This document shows, one piece after another, positions 7,531 to 16,300 of a DNA stretch of 32,889 bases. Source of the DNA: a virus. Its lineage: Duplodnaviria > Caudoviricetes. A program made the position numbers and the translations under genes. Location: positions 1 through 32,889 of the IMG/VR virus record IMGVR_UViG_3300017784_005996; one strand, written 5' to 3'. Every line of letters starts with the position of its first letter. The stretch's first letter is position 1. The notes beneath the pieces are model-generated. The model saw only the letters and a program-made list of their open reading frames with translations. It made no database searches and was not told where the DNA came from.

Positions 7531-9156
7531 TTACCACTTTACTTTATTTGCCCAATAAGCTGCAGACATTGGTCCTTTAGCAATATTTTTTGCGTGTCTA
7601 GTTTGAAACCTATTGCGACGACTTGCATAATCTTTCGATTCTCCTTCTTTTTTTGGAGAACCTTTTACACCTCTTTGACCGAAACGAATGAGTTTTTCTT
7701 TCCCACCTGCACACGCTTTAACTACGTGAGATTTTCCTGTGAGAGAATCACCCACGGGTTCTGCCTTTGGGGAGTTACACTTCATCTCAGATTTCTTTGC
7801 TTCACCAATAAAAGAACTAAAAGTTTTTCCTTCGGGAACACAGTTTGGAACCATTTTCTTTCCTTTCTTTTTCATACCTTTTTGAGTATATCCATCCCAA
7901 CATTTTTCCCCGAGCATATCACTACCAATTCCCTTTGAAGGTTTTAATGGTTCTGGTTTAATTATGTCAATAAACTCCGCATAATGATTTCCTTTAGCAT
8001 CTTCAATAGAAACTGATTCTCTATTAAATCTTGGAATATCTGTTCCTAAAACTTGTTTTACTTTCTGTGATGGCAACTGTCCTTGTTGTGCAGTTGTCAT
8101 TTTTTGAAGTTTTTTAGAAGCATTTGTAGTTCTTCTGTTTGTATGATCCGATCCAATATTAAAACTTACACTCTCGGATTTCATCTCACCACTATCAACA
8201 TAATCTGCTGCAGTATCAATATAATCTGCCGCCTTTGTAATTTTTGATTGAACCCATGCTTCTACATTTCCCTCACCCTTGCCCATTTTTTTCTTTAGTC
8301 TTTTTACTGCCGAAATAATAGTTGAAAGTTCAGAACGAGCCATTGAATACTCGTGATCCTTTTCTTCATTTGCTGGATGTGGTTTGTTGGGATCATATGA
8401 ATTTGATGCCAAAGCAACTGGGGTTGAAAACATATCCCAATACTTAGGTCCATATTTACACTCATCTCTAGTTTCTTCTTTTTCACATTTTGGACAATAT
8501 CTTACCATTTGAATTTCCTCAGTTTTTGTTCCCCAACTATCGGCACCAACTTTGCGGCATTTGACAAGTGCTCCAGAAGCATATGCACTTGGCCAAACTT
8601 TATATCTTGATTTTACTTTTTTATAGCAAGCGTCTTTTTCACCAGCAGATTCTTGAGTTACCATTTTTGCTTCACCTGTTCTATTTGGATTTGGGTCTTC
8701 TTTACGTTTTTTAGCAGCTCTCTTATCTCTTTCATCTTCATCCATTGCGGCACGATCATCAGGATCTCTACAATAAGGTTTTGTTGTTTGACCTGGTTGT
8801 TTTGCACAAGGTTTTCCATCATACTTTCCACCAGTTTGGACCCATCCACCATCATCAAACCACTTATCTAACCTGCCTTTATAATCCCTTGCTTTAATTC
8901 CATCAGTTGCTTCTTTCACATCTTTGAACTTTTTATGTTCTTTTTTTGCGGATGCTTCCATTTTTTTAAGTCTTGTATAGTAGTCTGGAATTTCGTCCAA
9001 ATGTTGAAGAGCAATATCCATAGCAAGTTTATGATTCTTAGTATGCTCGTGCTCAATTGGTTCTCCCATATCCAATTGTTTTTGAATATCAAAAACATCC
9101 ATACGATGTTTTCTTGCAATTTGCTCAACTGATTTATGAGGTTTTAATTTATGCAC
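7531..9156 (-). CDS. 541-aa Lys-rich multi-module hypothetical protein between gp16 and gp17 (DUF5661-like N-terminus, DUF6321-like C-terminus, both from memory)
   Basis: Long ORF filling the gp16-gp17 gap, with a GTG start (start position uncertain) and its own CTAAATA box. Short motifs I recognise from other T4-like phages: MGxxIEHEHT...IALQHLDEIPDYYTRL; KDACYKKVKSRYKVWPSAYASGALVKCRK; EAWVQSKITKAADY; KCWDGY...KMVPNCV; RFGQ...RFQTRH...SAAYWANKVKW. Confidence 0.88.
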   Translation of the reverse strand: MHKLKPHKSVEQIARKHRMDVFDIQKQLDMGEPIEHEHTKNHKLAMDIALQHLDEIPDYYTRLKKMEASAKKEHKKFKDVKEATDGIKARDYKGRLDKWFDDGGWVQTGGKYDGKPCAKQPGQTTKPYCRDPDDRAAMDEDERDKRAAKKRKEDPNPNRTGEAKMVTQESAGEKDACYKKVKSRYKVWPSAYASGALVKCRKVGADSWGTKTEEIQMVRYCPKCEKEETRDECKYGPKYWDMFSTPVALASNSYDPNKPHPANEEKDHEYSMARSELSTIISAVKRLKKKMGKGEGNVEAWVQSKITKAADYIDTAADYVDSGEMKSESVSFNIGSDHTNRRTTNASKKLQKMTTAQQGQLPSQKVKQVLGTDIPRFNRESVSIEDAKGNHYAEFIDIIKPEPLKPSKGIGSDMLGEKCWDGYTQKGMKKKGKKMVPNCVPEGKTFSSFIGEAKKSEMKCNSPKAEPVGDSLTGKSHVVKACAGGKEKLIRFGQRGVKGSPKKEGESKDYASRRNRFQTRHAKNIAKGPMSAAYWANKVKW

Positions 9157-9167
9157 AATAAAAAAAA

Positions 9168-9593
9168 TTATTCCTTATTGTTATTTAGAAAACCTTGTTT
9201 AAGTATTTTTGACAATTCTGATGTAGATCCAACGAATAATGCATTATTCGTGACATTATTGGTAGTTTTTGGCACATCTTCTTCAACATCTTTAAGTTTC
9301 TTTTGAAGATCAATTAATTTATCTGTTGTATCAGCAACACTTTTAATTAATTGTCCGGCAACTTCATATGCTCTAGGACTACCACCTTCACCAGCAAGTT
9401 CCATAATTCCATTAATTGCTTCCTGCCCCTTTTCAATTAATGAATATAGATTTGCTCTAGTATATTCATAATCTTTTTTAATATCACTACTTTCTTTTGG
9501 AAGAATATTAATTTCTTTGGAGGATGCCTTAACGTCAACAATATCACTTTCTATATTAAGTGCCTTATCCAATCCACCATAACTATTGGTCAT
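9168..9593 (-). CDS. gp16: Terminase small subunit (T4 gp16-like)
   Basis: KDYEYTRANLYSLIEKGQEAINGIMELA, SPRAYEVAGQLIKSVADTTDKLIDLQKK, NNALFVGSTSELSK; follows gp15. Confidence 0.96.
   Translation of the reverse strand: MTNSYGGLDKALNIESDIVDVKASSKEINILPKESSDIKKDYEYTRANLYSLIEKGQEAINGIMELAGEGGSPRAYEVAGQLIKSVADTTDKLIDLQKKLKDVEEDVPKTTNNVTNNALFVGSTSELSKILKQGFLNNNKE
9182..9188 (-). promoter_or_regulatory. Late promoter variant (CTAAATA) inside the 3' end of gp16, upstream of the 541-aa ORF
   Basis: + strand TATTTAG, about 26 nt upstream of the GTG at 9156; it encodes the L-N-N of the gp16 tail. Confidence 0.6.
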
Positions 9594-9599
9594 AATTTA

Positions 9600-10397
9600 T
9601 TAAATATCAATTTGCTGTGTTGGACTATATGTTTTAGAATCTTGGAAGAAATCCCAATTCTCATTAAATCCAAAATCATCATCCGGTGTCGCATCAATAG
9701 GATCTGGTTCAACTGTGTATCTCATTTCTCTCTTAGCAGATATAACATCTGTAGATGTATAAGTATCGACTTGAACTTTACGAATGAGACCATCGGTTGA
9801 TGCTGCAATTGGTCCAAATAAGTATGTCTTAGCAGTAAATTGGAACGTATAAATTAAAGATCTTCTAGTTGAAAAATCTCCTTCATAATCATCTTGAAAG
9901 GAAACATTTTCCAAAACAACGGGAATATCTCTTTTTTCTCCAATAGAATCTACTAAATCAACTGTTACAGTAAATGCTGGTTGAAAATATGGAAGAATTT
10001 GTTCAACAATTTGTAGTGCATCATCATTTAATTTTGTTAGCACATTAAGTTCAAATCCAATATTATATGGAACTGGCATAAAAACTTTTTTTAAGTTTTG
10101 TCCATCCAAAGATTTAAATGTTTGAGTTACACCAGATTTTCTAGATGGATCATATTGGATTGAAATCATTTCAAATGACATTCTTGGCAATGTTATTTGA
10201 ACTGGTTTATTTAAATCTGCCTGCTGCTCAAGTCTTGCTAAAAACTTTTGAGTTGGTCCATATGCTAAGGGAACTCTCATTTCACTGTAATCAGCATCAT
10301 TAGCATCTTTATGCTTAATGTATATTTGATTAAAAAGTGTTCCAAAGGAAATGATAGTTTTCCTGATTATTTCGTGATAGTAATATGTTCCAAGCAT
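9600..10397 (-). CDS. gp15: Tail sheath stabilizer / tail completion protein (T4 gp15-like)
   Basis: YYYHEIIRKTIISFGTLFN, VPLAYGPTQKFLARL, TLPRMSFE, PVPYNIGFEL, QIVEQILPYFQP, DDYEGDFSTRR, FTAKTYLFGP. Confidence 0.97.
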   Translation of the reverse strand: MLGTYYYHEIIRKTIISFGTLFNQIYIKHKDANDADYSEMRVPLAYGPTQKFLARLEQQADLNKPVQITLPRMSFEMISIQYDPSRKSGVTQTFKSLDGQNLKKVFMPVPYNIGFELNVLTKLNDDALQIVEQILPYFQPAFTVTVDLVDSIGEKRDIPVVLENVSFQDDYEGDFSTRRSLIYTFQFTAKTYLFGPIAASTDGLIRKVQVDTYTSTDVISAKREMRYTVEPDPIDATPDDDFGFNENWDFFQDSKTYSPTQQIDI

Positions 10398-11797
10398 TAG
10401 TAGTTACCAAATGGATTTGATTCTGAAAAATCTAAAATTAGATCTGCTGCTTCTTCGATTTCGTCGTTTTGTTCATATTTATCCGCAAATTCACTTTGAG
10501 ATGTGAGTTGTAAGGTATATGTTGCCGAAGATCCAGATCCAACTATAATTTCTCCAGGAATAAATGTACCATCAATTACTCCGACTTGAAGAATATTGAT
10601 ATCTTTATCCCAAGATTTAACTCTAGATTTTGAACCAGAAATAGATCCAGTAACAATCTCATTAAATGTATAAGTACCAATACCAGTTATGAGAGGTGGA
10701 AGATCTATAGTTATAGATGTGGATGAAGTATATCCTATTCCAGCATCTAAAATAAGAACTTGTGTAATGCTTCCTGCTGCCCCTACAACAACCCTTCCCC
10801 GTGCAGTTACCCCAGTTCCTACTGGAGGAGGACTAAACGTTATGACTGGCGCTGTTGCGTACCCCTGACCATACGTTTGTATTCCGACTGCACCAACACC
10901 ATACGAACCTTTGACTAAATCACAAGTAGCACCTGCTCCAGAACCACTTCCATTAGCATATATTGTCACAGTTGGAATTGATGTATATCCAGATCCTGGA
11001 TTAACTAATAATATCTCTTTAATAGAACAAACTCCACCTTTACACGTAGTTATTGCAACTGCAGATGCTGTTACACCACCCGTAGGTGCTGGAGTAAATG
11101 AAACGGTTGGAATTCCAACATAATCATACCCATCATTGGACAAAATAACTTTTCTAACATATCCACTTGAAATTCCTGCTGAAGCAGTTGCTCGTTGTCC
11201 AGTTGCAAATAATTTTAAAGATGTTATGTAACCTTGAGTTTGTAATACGGAATCTATCTCTTCAATGGTGGTATTTGAATCATTGTTTCCACCAACTTCA
11301 TCCTCATATTCAAATAATTCACACTTCAATTCATAAACATAAGTTTTACCTAATTGGTAAAAAGGTTGCTCGTGCTCTACAAATTTAACTTCAAATAATC
11401 TTTTACCCAAAGGAAAATAAATTATATCACCCTCTCTTGGGCGCGACGATAAGATTATTTCATCATCATCCATACCCTCCAAAAATGGTGATATGAAATC
11501 TTCAAATCTTTCTCTAGATATAATTAAAGTAACCTCATCCCTTAGACTCATTCCAAATTTGGTTAAAATATCTCCAGATCCACTATATCCATCATAATTT
11601 GCAACATATGCTTCTATTGAAAAATTGTCATCAAATTTAGAAGAAGTAACTTCTCTTAAAATTGTACTTTTTCTTACAAATTTTCTTGGAATATATGAAA
11701 CTTCAACTCCATATATTTTAAGTTGCTCATTAATTAAGTCTTGTACAAGACGTTGTTCTCCAGGAGATCCCTGTAAAAAGAAAGGATTGAGTGCCAT
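10397..11797 (-). CDS. gp14: Neck protein (T4 gp14-like) with internal GxGY repeat insertion
   Basis: MALNPFFLQGS, EQRLVQDLINEQLKIYG, RPREGDIIYFPL, FEVKFVEHEQPFYQLGK, YELKCELFEY, C-terminal DFSESNPFG. Confidence 0.96.
   Translation of the reverse strand: MALNPFFLQGSPGEQRLVQDLINEQLKIYGVEVSYIPRKFVRKSTILREVTSSKFDDNFSIEAYVANYDGYSGSGDILTKFGMSLRDEVTLIISRERFEDFISPFLEGMDDDEIILSSRPREGDIIYFPLGKRLFEVKFVEHEQPFYQLGKTYVYELKCELFEYEDEVGGNNDSNTTIEEIDSVLQTQGYITSLKLFATGQRATASAGISSGYVRKVILSNDGYDYVGIPTVSFTPAPTGGVTASAVAITTCKGGVCSIKEILLVNPGSGYTSIPTVTIYANGSGSGAGATCDLVKGSYGVGAVGIQTYGQGYATAPVITFSPPPVGTGVTARGRVVVGAAGSITQVLILDAGIGYTSSTSITIDLPPLITGIGTYTFNEIVTGSISGSKSRVKSWDKDINILQVGVIDGTFIPGEIIVGSGSSATYTLQLTSQSEFADKYEQNDEIEEAADLILDFSESNPFGNY
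10695..11205 (-). repeat. Four degenerate protein-level repeats (G-x-x-Y-x3-P-x-[VI]-x-[FI]) in gp14
   Basis: NDGYDYVGIPTVSF, NPGSGYTSIPTVTI, TYGQGYATAPVITF, DAGIGYTSSTSITI. The last three are each preceded by a G-x-x-A-x-A-like linker. Boundaries approximate. Confidence 0.75.
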
Positions 11798-12642
11798 TAT
11801 CCAATAAAATCGTAAGGTGGTAATTCATAATCTGTAGTCATTCTATCCCTAATTTCCGTCAATTCTCTTTCGGCGTCTTCATAAATTTCTCTTCCATTAA
11901 GTTCAATTCCACCTGGAAGTTTGACACCCCTAAATTTAATAAGATTTTGTCCCCATTGTTTTTTAATCAGACTAGTCAGATATTTTTTTAAAAAACTATC
12001 ATTCCACACTTTAGTAAAATCATTAGGATCCAAAATCCTATAACAATCTATGACAAGAAAATCTCCTGGTTTATTTCCCTCCCAATTAAAGTCCAAATAT
12101 AACCTATTCTGCCTTTTATTAAATCTTATTTGCTTATCTGTTGTCAAAAGAAAATCAATATCTTCCAGATATGATTTAACCATAGAATATTGCAATAATT
12201 GGATGGAATTGAAATAATATAAATCATTTAAAAATAATTGATATTTGATACTAAACATCCCAGAAGAAATTGTACTGGAATTGAATTTAAAAATCTTTTC
12301 AACTCCAATCACAGAATCTGGAATTTGTATATAATTTGAAGATTCATAAAAATTAAATGTTTTAGAAATTCCATTAATTGTTGATGATCCTGTTGTTGTA
12401 GTTATCCCAGATCCTTGAGGACTTTTTGCACTTGCACTTCCCCTATCAATATCCTCTTGTGTAATTTGATATTTGAGAAACATTCTTTCAACACCATCAA
12501 AATGCCTCTCATGAAAATACTGTAATGCATCATCAACAAGGTCATCTATTTGATCTTCGTCAACATTAATTTCTAAAACTGGAGCTCCCAGTCTTCTAAG
12601 GCAGTAATCTACCAATTGCTGTTTGCTTGCTGGTTTAGACAT
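11797..12642 (-). CDS. gp13: Neck protein (T4 gp13-like)
   Basis: LVDYCLRRLGAPVLEINVDEDQIDDLVDDALQYFHERHFDG, RFNKRQNRLYLD, KKQWGQNLIKFRGVKLPGGIELNG. Confidence 0.97.
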   Translation of the reverse strand: MSKPASKQQLVDYCLRRLGAPVLEINVDEDQIDDLVDDALQYFHERHFDGVERMFLKYQITQEDIDRGSASAKSPQGSGITTTTGSSTINGISKTFNFYESSNYIQIPDSVIGVEKIFKFNSSTISSGMFSIKYQLFLNDLYYFNSIQLLQYSMVKSYLEDIDFLLTTDKQIRFNKRQNRLYLDFNWEGNKPGDFLVIDCYRILDPNDFTKVWNDSFLKKYLTSLIKKQWGQNLIKFRGVKLPGGIELNGREIYEDAERELTEIRDRMTTDYELPPYDFIG

Positions 12643-12986
12643 TATCGAGTAACTCCTTCTCTAACTAATACCATACCTTCAACGACTCTACTTACAACAT
12701 TTGTACCATTATCAGTGATCAATATATCGTAAATATATCTTCCTGGTTTTAAATTTGAAGTTGCACTCGATCCCAATCCAATTTTAATTTGTCCAGCAGA
12801 TGCATTTACTATAGTAGTTGTAAATGTTGTTACTCCGACGCTACCTGACCATTTTCTCATTTGAGAACTTACTGATGAATTTGATAAAATTAAGGCAGAA
12901 TTTGTAGAACTATTCTCAAGAAAATATTCTTGGGTAAAAGTTGCCCCAGAGTTAATAACAACATTATTTACATATACTGACGCCAT
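12642..12986 (-). CDS. Small virion structural protein (114 aa, beta-rich)
   Basis: GATF...SQMRK...GQIKIGL...TSNLKPGRYIYDILI...RVVEGMVLVREGVTR is a pattern recurrent in T4-like cyanophage structural regions. It has its own late promoter and is TAATG-coupled to gp13. Confidence 0.85.
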   Translation of the reverse strand: MASVYVNNVVINSGATFTQEYFLENSSTNSALILSNSSVSSQMRKWSGSVGVTTFTTTIVNASAGQIKIGLGSSATSNLKPGRYIYDILITDNGTNVVSRVVEGMVLVREGVTR

Positions 12987-13010
12987 TATTGAAGAACATA
13001 TTCTACAGTA

Positions 13011-13018
13011 TATTTATA
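13011..13018 (-). promoter_or_regulatory. Late promoter box (TATAAATA) upstream of the 114-aa ORF and the gp13-gp16 operon
   Basis: Exact consensus, intergenic, about 25 nt upstream of the ATG at 12986. Confidence 0.8.
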
Positions 13019-13019
13019 T

Positions 13020-13189
13020 CTACATTTTATCAAGATTGCTAATAACCTCTTGCTGTTTTAAATACAATTTGCAATACAATTTTGAAAATTTTTTAATTTG
13101 ACAATATTTAAATTATCAATAATTCTACAATGTTTTTAATATTCAAATAATTTATTCATAGAATTTAATTTAATTTCTTCAGGTTCCAC
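13020..13189 (-). pseudogene. Disrupted small helical protein gene, NblA-like (phycobilisome degradation adaptor-like)
   Basis: GGAG SD at 13197-13200 and GTG at 13189. Reads MEPEEIKLNSMNKLFEY*KHCRIIDNLNIVKLKNF, then continues in another frame KLYCKLYLKQQEVISNLDKM* ending at TAG 13020-13022. There is an in-frame TAA at 13136-13138 and one base is missing near 13085-13088 (span 170 nt = 57 codons minus 1 nt). The NblA assignment is by pattern resemblance only. Confidence 0.7.
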
Positions 13190-13376
13190 GCAATAACTCC
13201 TTTAATAAAGATTTAATTTCACTCAATTCTTTTTTAATCTCATCTATTTCATTTTTTTGCTTTTTCTTTTCATTTTTAATTTTAACATATTGTAAATATT
13301 CATATGTATCACCATTTACAATTGCACCGGAATTTTCATCCCGAAATAAATTTTTATAGTCATTGATTGGTATCAT
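13179..13376 (-). CDS. Conserved hypothetical protein (65 aa) with C-terminal coiled coil, downstream of VrlC
   Basis: NLFRDENSGAIVN motif followed by heptads EIDEIKKELSEIKSLLKEL; typical small gene following VrlC-like genes in T4-like cyanophages. Confidence 0.88.
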   Translation of the reverse strand: MIPINDYKNLFRDENSGAIVNGDTYEYLQYVKIKNEKKKQKNEIDEIKKELSEIKSLLKELLRGT

Positions 13377-13381
13377 TATTG

Positions 13382-16300
13382 TTATGCCAGTGCAACTACT
13401 CTAATATCTCTGAATCTTAGTGGATATGCTTCATTCGTACCACTCATAACGATTTTAATTGCAAATCCATTAAATTCTTCCAAATTATCGGCACTAAATT
13501 GATATTCTGAAAAATTATTATTTTCATCGGATGAAACAAAAATGTCGGAAGATCCATTATTTAAAGATTTGTCAATAACAATATCCCCAATACCATCCCC
13601 ATTTAAATCTTTGAGATTATTATATCCTGGGAATAATTGATATGATTGTTCAATTTCACTAGAATCCGATTTAAATAATCTATACAAAACTCTAAAATCA
13701 CTAGAGGAATTTCTACATGAATTTGTTATAACTTTTAGTGAAGTTGCTGGTTGCAATAAGTTAATTTTATTCGAAACATACACTGAAGAATGTGGATCTC
13801 CGATCAAATTATTGGATCTAGAATCTGATACATAATCTGATATTGGATTATTAATTCTATTTCTACTCAAAATAAATGTTCCAGACTCTGTCACATCAAT
13901 TATTGGCGAAACATTCTCATCTGTCGTATCCATGCTAATATTTAAAATCAAAGATTTTGATCTTGGCATAAATGTCAGATTAGTAGTCTCATTAATTTTA
14001 GAACATATCATTCTTGGAGAATTTAATTCATTGTTGCTATTTAATGCCACAGATTCATATCCATTATCGGAGAATGAAATTTCAGATCCACCAGCACTTG
14101 TTCCAGTAATTGATCTTAAAGATACATTTATTGATGTATTCTGAGGAGATAGTGTATTGAATTGGGGTATTATTGAATTATATTGGAAATTTTGAGTTGC
14201 TTTACAATTTGAAGATCCTGATGTTTTTTCTTCGTTAAAGTTTATGGTATTTGATCCATCAAATAACTTTAAATAATAATTATCAATATCTTTCAAGGAT
14301 GTCAATAGTGAAGAATTGTTTGAAATTTCGTGTGTGGTATTAATTCTTGCCAATGACATACCATTTAGTTCATACTTATAAACTAAATCATTGATTGAAT
14401 GATTTCTGGTGATAGATCCATTAATTCCTCGACCATTAGTGGATATATTTAAAACTCCAGAACCAACACTATCATAGGATATAATTTCATTGTCAATCAA
14501 AACATATCCAGTATTAACTCCAACGCTTCCTTCAAATGTCGTGAATGTTGCAGTATTTGCCACACCTATTGTTAGGGATGATGGTACTATCGCAACTGTT
14601 AGTTTTTCTGGGACAGTGTCTGGAAATACTCCACTTATTGTAACCACATTACCTGAGGAATGCATTCCATGATTATATTGATTTACTTTAATAATATCTC
14701 CACTATACAAATCATTTACAATTGAAGAAGTACCTCTTACTGTTGTTCCAGATAAAGCAACCAAAGTATTACCATCATAATATCCTATAGAATTTCCTGT
14801 AGTAAATGTCTGACCTTTGACATTTGTTAATCGCAAAGTATCTATGGTGTTTATGGAAGAAACTGATATAGTTGCTCCCCTACCTTTGGAAACTGAACTT
14901 GTTGTAATTCCCAATAAATCACCGGCCGAATACCCATTTCCAGTATTTGCTATTGAAACTACAGAAACTGTTCCGTTAGAAGCAAAAGTGATGTTTGCGG
15001 TAGCACTGCTCCCATATCCAGTTATAGTATATAATGGTACGGAAGTATATGCTCCGGAAGAATATCCAGTTCCAACATTTGAAGTTGAAATTCCTGATAT
15101 GTTACCTCCAACTTTTTCAATATACCCATACTTTGCCCCCTCAGCAACTTTTGTGCCAACAGTTAAAATGGTGCTCAAATTTGTGCTTGTCAAAATACCC
15201 ACAATTAATTTTCTTGGGTACATTGTTATTGGGTTGTTTGTCAATTTTTGAATATTAAAGTCATAATCATCCCCAGTTCCACTTCCAGAAAGATCTGGAT
15301 TCATAAAATATGCAGTTCCAGATTTACTTGAGAATTTTGCTTTATATAACCTAAATTTTAAGTCTTCAAATGGACTTGAAATTGGTGTTGTCCCATTTTG
15401 TGGTTTATAAAGATTTCCACCAACATATTGATTTGAATATGTTACTTGCAAGGCATTGGGATAATTTTGTGTTGCAACAGTAGGTTTATTTGATTCGGCA
15501 ATCCAGACTTTGTAATTTTGGGAAGATGGTGAATTTAACGAAATAGCATATTGTTTATTTGGTTCCAAATAAAGTGGTGACGGTAATTTAATATTTGTTG
15601 GAGTTTCTCCATCTGCAGAAATTATAATTTTACTTGGAGAAATTTGAACCCTGGAAAAATCTTGAACAACATTATTGGTAGGAGAACCTCCAAGATCCAC
15701 TTCTTTAATTTCAATAGTTAATTTCTCAGAGTTATCTTTTTCAGCAAAAAATAAATCTAATGATGTTATGAATCCTCCAGAATTATCAGTTCTAAATGTT
15801 TGAGTAAGCGGATCTTTTGTTATATTTTTAAAAGATTTTGATAAAACTGGTCTCCTAATAATAAAATTATTCGTATAAGATTGTGGAGATCCATTAGTGT
15901 AAAAATTTGTTTCGCAGTAATTTACTGTTGATGTTGAATTAAATGCTGATGTCTGTGATATTCTAAATGTTTTGGTTCCAACATTAAATGTTGTTTGTGG
16001 AGTTGGATTTGATAATGGATCTCTAATAAAGAAGCATCCAATTAAATCTCCAACACTGTCGGAAATTAAAGATTGATTTGATACTGTTGCCTGAGCTTTA
16101 CTAGTTTTTCCAACCAAAATCATTTCAAATGGTACATACCCATAAAATCTTCCATCAGAATTATCTGATAAAGAATAAGTATCTATATTTAAAATTGAAG
16201 AAGATTGTGAATATGAATTTAATATATTGGATGGTAAATATGGATTTTCTGAATATATTTCATCTGGTAAATTATACCGACCAAATTTGTGATTGGTATT

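Noticed and set aside
13136-13138. Stop-codon reassignment as an explanation for the internal TAA
   Set aside because: TAA terminates most genes in the window, multi-kilobase ORFs are open under the standard code, and a frameshift is also present.
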